This document shows positions 1 to 4,972 of a stretch of DNA of 41,339 bases, one piece after another. The position numbers were made by a program, and so were the translations under genes. Every line of letters starts with the position of its first letter. Position 1 is the first letter of the stretch. This stretch comes from Candidatus Woesearchaeota archaeon (GTDB taxonomy: Archaea; Nanobdellota; Nanobdellia; Pacearchaeales; UBA12030). The DNA lies in the NCBI GenBank assembly GCA_964361585.1, contig CAYIBB010000001.1, positions 36,116-77,454 on the forward strand, given 5' to 3'. A model generated the notes under the pieces. It did not search any database, was not told the origin of the DNA, and was given only the letters and a program-made list of their open reading frames with translations.

Positions 1-884
1 TAATTAAGTTTAATCTCAATTTGAGTTTGACGAGAGGAAGTTATCATTATTCCGTAACCCTCAGCAGCTGCAATTTCCTTCTTTACGTAAGTTGTCTGTA
101 AGAATGAGTCGAAGAACCTAAAGCTCTTGCGGTTTGAGAACTTTTGTTGTTCTTCCTGTGATGGTACAAGGTAGACATCAATAGGCTCCTCTGATATTAT
201 CTCAAGCTCTAGGGGAACTACATAGTCAAAATCTTGAACTAAAGGGTAGAAATACGCAAATCGTGGCACAATAATTGTCCCAAAGTCTTGTTTAAAGCAA
301 GCGTAATTCATTGTTACATAACATCTTCTGTCAATTTGCTCAATGTCCTCGCAAAAGACTCCTACGCCTGCATCAGTATAATTCATATTGAGTATGTTTG
401 CCCTGTGGCCAGTACTATTCATCCACCCATCTACTGCCTCTTTTGAAAGATTAGTTCTTGAAGAGAATCGTTCTATGAAGAAAAGGTTCTCGCCACTACA
501 GATAAAGTAAATTCCTGCCTCCTTAAATCTGTCAGACACATCCTTGCCTTCAGGACTTTCATGTTCAAAATAATTTCTGAGAGCCATATCTTGACTGTGA
601 AGTTTTGCTACTTGTGTAATTCTTGCATCTAAATCCAGGGGATATAAACCTCTTTCAGTCCTTTCTGCGTTTACAAGATCAAAAACATCTCTCTCAATTT
701 TAAAAATTTCTACTTCTACATCTTGCGAAAAAGAAGGATATGGAACTTTAATTTGTTCAAAGGGCTCTAAACTCTTCTGGAGCTCTTCATATTTATATTG
801 CGGAATCAGAATTATTGCTAAAAGTAGAGCGATAAGGGCTATAGAGAAGAATAAAAGAACTGCAATGATTGTTGTTGACCTCAT
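1..884 (-). CDS. Membrane-anchored or secreted CAP (SCP/PR-1, YkwD-like) domain protein; 3' end lies beyond the window
   Basis: Absent from the supplied ORF track because it has no stop in the window. Hand translation of the minus strand from ATG (884-882) stays open for 294 codons to the window edge. It reads MRSTTIIAVLLFFSIALIALLLAIILIPQ (hydrophobic anchor), then ...AKLHSQDMALRNYFEHESPEGKDV...GENL...AVDGWMNSTGHRANIL, the hallmark CAP/SCP motifs. Confidence 0.6.
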   Translation of the reverse strand, partial: MRSTTIIAVLLFFSIALIALLLAIILIPQYKYEELQKSLEPFEQIKVPYPSFSQDVEVEIFKIERDVFDLVNAERTERGLYPLDLDARITQVAKLHSQDMALRNYFEHESPEGKDVSDRFKEAGIYFICSGENLFFIERFSSRTNLSKEAVDGWMNSTGHRANILNMNYTDAGVGVFCEDIEQIDRRCYVTMNYACFKQDFGTIIVPRFAYFYPLVQDFDYVVPLELEIISEEPIDVYLVPSQEEQQKFSNRKSFRFFDSFLQTTYVKKEIAAAEGYGIMITSSRQTQIEIKLN

Positions 885-1057
885 ACCTTTTTGACTTTTT
901 GTGACTTTAAATTCTTTCTCCTAAAATACATATTTATTACCACAACTAAGTACAGGACTACTTCCAGAGGATAACTTTACTTTCCGTAAAAAAACCGAAA
1001 AGTATATAAAGAAATTTGATGCTCTGATTTCAGTGTAAGATAGGAAAACAGTAAAAA

Positions 1058-1657
1058 ATGGTAAGAGTACTCATATCCACGATTTATGAGGGAAGGGCCA
1101 ATAAGATTGCAATTAAGGAGCTTTCGCCTCATAAGCTGATTATTGTGGCTAATGAAAAAAGTGACCTTACACAGCACAAGGCCATTTCTGAGCTTAGAGA
1201 ATTCTATAAGGACACTATGGATATTGAAGTGCTGCGCACTTCCGTCTACGATATATACAAAATTGTTAAGGATGTTATAAGTAAGGTTGATAATGAGACA
1301 AAGAAAGGCAACGAGGTGGCAATTCATGTTAGTGAAGGCCGTAAGACGCTTTTCCTAGCCACACTTTTTGCCGCTTATCTGAGAAAGGAAAAGATTAAGG
1401 GGGCTTATTATGTAATTGAAGAGACTTCTGCACTTCTGTCCTTGCCACTGCTTGACCTCGGCCTGCGGGATACAAAAAGAAAGATGCTTCAGGAGATAAT
1501 TAGGGGAAATGATAATATAAATAAGCTCATAAGGAAGCTCAGAGTTAAGAAGACTATGGTATACACTCACATTAATGATTTGAAGAAGGAAGGCTACCTT
1601 ATCAATGATAAAAGGCTTCTAGAGCCCACTGATTTTGGGAAGATTTGTTTGCTTTAG
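1058..1657 (+). CDS. Csa3-like regulator: CARF-type Rossmann-like domain plus C-terminal winged HTH
   Basis: 199-aa ORF. The N-terminal ~130 aa are Rossmann-like (MVRVLISTI..., ...VAIHVSEGRKTLFLATLFAAYL...). The C-terminal part is wHTH-like (...MVYTHINDLKKEGYLINDK...). Size and two-domain layout match the Csa3 / CRISPR-locus-related DNA-binding protein family by recall only. Confidence 0.5.
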   Translation: MVRVLISTIYEGRANKIAIKELSPHKLIIVANEKSDLTQHKAISELREFYKDTMDIEVLRTSVYDIYKIVKDVISKVDNETKKGNEVAIHVSEGRKTLFLATLFAAYLRKEKIKGAYYVIEETSALLSLPLLDLGLRDTKRKMLQEIIRGNDNINKLIRKLRVKKTMVYTHINDLKKEGYLINDKRLLEPTDFGKICLL

Positions 1658-1689
1658 GTGTTGGGAGCTTTGTAGATTGTAGGAATTTC

Positions 1690-2181
1690 TTAGTTCTCAA
1701 CCGATTTTTCTAGTCTTGCGACATATATTCCTAAAGGTAACTCTTCCACCTCTACAATAGTGCTGTTCATTGGGCGGTTTATTGGACATACTACTGTTAC
1801 AACTCCTTCTAAACCTTCTGAGCCTTCTAAAACAAGATTTACTTTACCTCTTAACAAACTTTCCTCTGGGTAATGCCCTGTTACAGGGTCTTTTATTCCC
1901 ACACACATTTGATAAGCGACCAAAACTCCATCTTTTTCAATTGATGAAATTCTTAGGGCATAAAAATCTCTTCTTATTACGTGAACTGATGGAAGGCCAG
2001 AGCCACTTTCATCATATTCTGAGAGTATTTTGTTGACATCTCCAATATCAAAACTTATTTGATACGTCCTCATATGCTCGTCAAAACGCGCTAAAATGTT
2101 TTGAGTGGCTTGTTCCATGGCCTTTTTAATTTGTTCAGCCCTATTCTTGAGTTTAGGATCAGGATTTTCTAGGCTTGCCAT
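1690..2181 (-). CDS. Hypothetical protein
   Basis: 163-aa ORF with non-repetitive composition and no motif I recognise. The antisense ORF 1770..2036 is Leu-rich and looks spurious. Confidence 0.5.
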   Translation of the reverse strand: MASLENPDPKLKNRAEQIKKAMEQATQNILARFDEHMRTYQISFDIGDVNKILSEYDESGSGLPSVHVIRRDFYALRISSIEKDGVLVAYQMCVGIKDPVTGHYPEESLLRGKVNLVLEGSEGLEGVVTVVCPINRPMNSTIVEVEELPLGIYVARLEKSVEN

Positions 2182-2329
2182 ATTACTAAAGAGAAGAAGG
2201 GAATAAAAATATTACTCTTTCTAATCAAAGGCTCTAGAACCTACTCAAAGCATGAGTTCTTATAAGATGTATTATGCGTAGTATTTTACCCCCTTTTGCT
2301 CTTATCGGCTAAAAGTTTTAGCTGTTTGG

Positions 2330-2878
2330 TTAAAAGTTTTCGCCGTAATTCAATACTAAATAAATTACGCCTATTGTGCATGTTTTTTTATAGTGTAGTA
2401 AACTCCATCCCTCAATTAGATTCCACCTATTTGCGTATTCTGCCATATCCAAGATTGGATTTATTATAAAAAGAGGGGAAGATTCTTGTGAAGTTGAAGG
2501 TGGAGCACTACCAGCATTGATAATTGGGATCCTCTGCACTCCTTCAGCTGGCAGGTTCGCCATTTCAATGTATTCCTCAATTGTCTTCTCAGGATCCCTG
2601 ATAGCTAAAACGTCTGAGTAGCTCATTAATATTCTCAATGTATCAGTTAAAGTCTCACCCTTTTTTAGAGAAGTTGCCTCTTGCGAGCCTAGCTCTAGTA
2701 GGCCCATTCCCAATTTATTAGCTGCAAAGCCTAAGAGCAATCTCATTTCTAATGTCTCTCGTGATGGTTCTTTATCAAAGAAAGCCAAACAAAGTAATTT
2801 GCCTTTATTTTTACTAATGTCAAAACTATCAAATTTATGAAAGTGTTTATTTATTTGATCTTTTGTTAGTATATCCAT
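2330..2878 (-). CDS. Aspartate/ornithine carbamoyltransferase-like protein, N-terminal (carbamoyl-phosphate) domain only, with degenerate motifs; possible gene remnant
   Basis: 182 aa. KLLCLAFFDKEPSRETLEMRLLLGFAANKLGMG...LKKGETLTDTLRILMSYSDVLAIRDPE...IPIINAGSAPPSTSQ aligns by eye to the ATCase/OTCase pattern F.EPSTRTR.SFE...LG...KGESL.DT...Y.D.I.IR...P.INAG...HPTQ. However STRTR reads PSRET and HPTQ reads STSQ. The ORF stops about 25 aa into where the second domain should begin. Confidence 0.45.
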   Translation of the reverse strand: MDILTKDQINKHFHKFDSFDISKNKGKLLCLAFFDKEPSRETLEMRLLLGFAANKLGMGLLELGSQEATSLKKGETLTDTLRILMSYSDVLAIRDPEKTIEEYIEMANLPAEGVQRIPIINAGSAPPSTSQESSPLFIINPILDMAEYANRWNLIEGWSLLHYKKTCTIGVIYLVLNYGENF

Positions 2879-2927
2879 AACTATAAAAAAGCAAAAAATT
2901 TAAATAATCTACTGCAAAAAATTATAC

Positions 2928-3599
2928 ATGAGTTTTTTAGAATGGTTGTTTGGAAGAAGAGGTAATGATTTAGAAATTCTTAAGAGTGAAATTAGAAATT
3001 CTTTCTCTAATGTAAAGAGAGATTTCCATAAAGTTAGCAAATGGATAGATCATTTTGATGAGAAACATAAATATCAGGAAAAAAGGCACAAAGAATTACA
3101 TTCACGTCTAGAAAAAATAGAAAATGATCTCGCGGAGCTAAAAAATTTCATTAATTTCTTCACAGAAGACGTAAAAATCAAACTTTCAGGGAGGCTGTCC
3201 AAACAGGCACAAACAGCTGTCCAAACAGGGGTTGTCCAAACGGCTGTCCAAACAGCCGTCCAAACGGCTGTCCAAACACCTTCCTTTATAAATCTCAAGG
3301 GATTAACAATGATAGAAAGAGTAATATTGTGGATTCTTTTAAATACTGATTTGAAATTGAGTTATGAAGATATCTCTGCAATTACTGGCAAGGATAAGTC
3401 GACGATCAGAGGGCAGTTAAATAGTATAAAGCAGAAAAATGAGAGTCTTGTCCAAGAGATCATGGAAAAGGATGGGAAAAAGAGATTTTATATAGAGGAA
3501 GAAGTAAAAGTGAGGGTTCTGAGTGCGCTAAAAGCCGAGGGAAAGGGCAAAAATGAGCCTCTGGAAGAGCAGGAAAGGCCTGTAAAAAGGAAAAAGTGA
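2928..3599 (+). CDS. Coiled-coil plus C-terminal winged-HTH protein with a TAVQ-repeat linker (paralog A)
   Basis: 223-aa ORF. The N-terminus has EIRNSFSNVKRDFHK and a heptad-like region. The centre is QTAVQTGVVQTAVQTAVQTAVQT, encoded by 12-nt DNA repeats. The C-terminus is wHTH-like (LTMIERVILWILLN...LSYEDISAITGKDKSTIRGQLNSIK). A TATA-like aatttaaataat lies about 20-28 nt upstream of the ATG. Confidence 0.6.
   Translation: MSFLEWLFGRRGNDLEILKSEIRNSFSNVKRDFHKVSKWIDHFDEKHKYQEKRHKELHSRLEKIENDLAELKNFINFFTEDVKIKLSGRLSKQAQTAVQTGVVQTAVQTAVQTAVQTPSFINLKGLTMIERVILWILLNTDLKLSYEDISAITGKDKSTIRGQLNSIKQKNESLVQEIMEKDGKKRFYIEEEVKVRVLSALKAEGKGKNEPLEEQERPVKRKK
3193..3277 (+). repeat. Direct-repeat array of GTCCAAAC (6 exact copies plus 1 GCACAAAC variant), mostly 12-nt period, inside CDS 2928..3599
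   Basis: Exact GTCCAAAC at 3197, 3219, 3234, 3246, 3258 and 3270. Variant GCACAAAC at 3207. The last four copies are spaced exactly 12 nt apart. Confidence 0.9.
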
Positions 3600-3670
3600 G
3601 ACTTATTTAGCTTAGATTTGCCTTATATTGATTGTTTTTGAGGATTAGTGCGCTAAATAGGCGACTTATA

Positions 3671-3702
3671 GCACAAACACTCGTCCAAACAGCCGTCCAA
3701 AC
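3671..3702 (+). repeat. Second, non-coding copy of the same array (GCACAAAC, GTCCAAAC, GTCCAAAC; 12-nt period) in the convergent intergenic spacer
   Basis: gcacaaacactcgtccaaacagccgtccaaaca, with units starting at 3671, 3683 and 3695. It lies about 70 nt downstream of the stop of CDS 2928..3599. Confidence 0.85.
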
Positions 3703-3745
3703 ATATCTTAGAGGGAAAAGTGAGTGTTAAATGTGTGCTTTCGTT

Positions 3746-3773
3746 AATTTTCCTTAACACTGAAAGGAAAATT
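3746..3773. repeat. Perfect 10-bp inverted repeat AATTTTCCTT / AAGGAAAATT with an 8-nt loop, between convergent genes
   Basis: aattttcctt-aacactga-aaggaaaatt read directly. It could be a hairpin shared by the two convergent transcripts or a dyad protein-binding site. Confidence 0.7.
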
Positions 3774-3843
3774 GAGTCATAGAACTCGAAAAAATAGGGA
3801 AAAGAGTGAATTTAGAGTGATTTTAGCCTGATTTTAAGGAGGA

Positions 3844-4491
3844 TTAAAGTGAATTAGTGAGGGATTCTCTAAATTTTATTAAGTTCTCGAGCGTTTCAAG
3901 GCGTCGAAATTCAGGAGTGATACTAAGGAAAACCTGCTTGTTATCGACTCTTCTCTTCAAAATTGGGGCTTTCTTGTCTATTAAATTCTTAATATGATCT
4001 CTCACAGTGCTGCCCGAAAGCTTGATTCTTACGGCTATTTCCCTATAGTTTATGGGTCTTTTCAACTCTTCTTCAAGTTGATAAAGTGCAAAAAATATCA
4101 AAAATTCCTGTTTCGTAAATGTATTAAATACCTCTCCAAGTTCTGTTTTTGCCATCTCAATATCCTCAGAAGTGGCCTCGATATGTCGAAACATCTGTCG
4201 AACTGTTGTCGAACTGTTGTCGAACTGTTGTCGAACTGTCGAAACCCCTTCATTTCCTGTGGAAGAAGGTTTAGAAAGCCCAATTTGACCAATTTCGGTT
4301 TTCATTGTCGAGGATCTGTCGAAGTGCTGTCGAGGATCTGTCGAAGACTCATTTAGCCTATTTATTACTACTTTTAATGCATTTTTTATAACACTAAGGT
4401 CATTTTTTACAGAAAAAATTTCTTCTCTCAATAAATCCATATCTTGTTTTACTTTAGCAAAAGATTCCCGAATTTCCTCTTCCCTTACCAT
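3844..4491 (-). CDS. Coiled-coil plus C-terminal winged-HTH protein with a repeat-encoded linker (paralog B)
   Basis: 215-aa ORF. The N-terminus EIRESFAKVKQDMDLL parallels EIRNSFSNVKRDFHK of paralog A. The centre is repeat-encoded (STDPRQHFDRSST...STVRQQFDNSSTTVRQMF). The C-terminus is wHTH-like (FTKQEFLIFFALYQ...INYREIAVRIKLSGSTVRDHIKNLI). TATA-like tataaatatatttaaat lies upstream on the minus strand. Confidence 0.6.
   Translation of the reverse strand: MVREEEIRESFAKVKQDMDLLREEIFSVKNDLSVIKNALKVVINRLNESSTDPRQHFDRSSTMKTEIGQIGLSKPSSTGNEGVSTVRQQFDNSSTTVRQMFRHIEATSEDIEMAKTELGEVFNTFTKQEFLIFFALYQLEEELKRPINYREIAVRIKLSGSTVRDHIKNLIDKKAPILKRRVDNKQVFLSITPEFRRLETLENLIKFRESLTNSL
4184..4345. repeat. Array of 10 TGTCGA[AG] units (plus-strand reading), predominantly 11-nt period, in two blocks inside CDS 3844..4491
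   Basis: Units start at 4184, 4196, 4207, 4218, 4229 and 4237 (block 1, including three exact tandem copies of ctgttgtcgaa). Block 2 units start at 4306, 4317, 4328 and 4339, forming two copies of a 22-nt unit tgtcgaggatctgtcgaag. Confidence 0.9.
4245..4269 (-). promoter_or_regulatory. Origin-recognition-box (ORB)-like element inside CDS 3844..4491
   Basis: The minus strand reads CTTCCACAGGAAATGAAGGGG: a TTCCA-N-GGAAA dyad followed by a G-run, like mini-ORB/ORB boxes of archaeal origins. It matches the box next to orc1/cdc6 (12404-12428) at 20 of 25 positions, including an exact 11-mer tcatttcctgt. Confidence 0.45.
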
Positions 4492-4578
4492 AACTTTTTT
4501 ACATGGTGAAGATTTAAATATATTTATACAAAATAAGACAGATTATGTTACTACTTTGAAATTGTCTTAATTTTACGG

Positions 4579-4872
4579 CTATTTAGCAACTGTCTTATAC
4601 GCTCTATAGATATCCTTAGAAAGCCTCCATCTTTCTCGCCTTAAGAACTCAATTCCGCGCCTGTTTTTGTTTATTCTCACTACAAAGTTCTCGGTATGAA
4701 GCTCGCGGAGTAGTTTTTTTGTGAATTCCTCATCTCTTGCAATATCCCTAGCTATGTGAGAAGTAAAGGCCGTCTTAGGGAAATTCTCGTATAAGAAGGC
4801 GAGGATTGTTTCCTTTATTTTCTTTATTTTTTCCTGGGAGATTTTGGGCATCCGGCCTAAATGAGTATGCAT
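4579..4872 (-). CDS. Small winged-HTH DNA-binding protein
   Basis: 97-aa ORF. ILAFLYENFPKTAFTSHIARDIARDEEFTKKLLRELHTENFVVR has a wHTH-like pattern. The TATA-like ttttaaat abuts the first ATG, so the true (leaderless) start may be the Met at 4851 (MPKISQEK...). Confidence 0.5.
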   Translation of the reverse strand: MHTHLGRMPKISQEKIKKIKETILAFLYENFPKTAFTSHIARDIARDEEFTKKLLRELHTENFVVRINKNRRGIEFLRRERWRLSKDIYRAYKTVAK

Positions 4873-4972
4873 ATTTAAAATAATCGGTAATACGAAAAAA
4901 GTCTTATGGGTGTTATTAGTATAAAAAGAAAATATATAAAGTCTTTAGACTTGAGCTACGGGTCCTATAAAA

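Noticed and set aside
977-1327. 116-aa minus-strand ORF overlapping the Csa3-like gene (also 1355..1570)
   Set aside because: It is antisense to a better-supported CDS. It is hydrophobic and low-complexity, as expected from translating AT-rich antisense sequence.
3193-4345. Possible CRISPR arrays
   Set aside because: The repeat units are only 8-12 nt and directly abutting or spaced by 3-4 nt, with no spacers of 25-50 nt. No cas genes are in the window. These are not CRISPR arrays.
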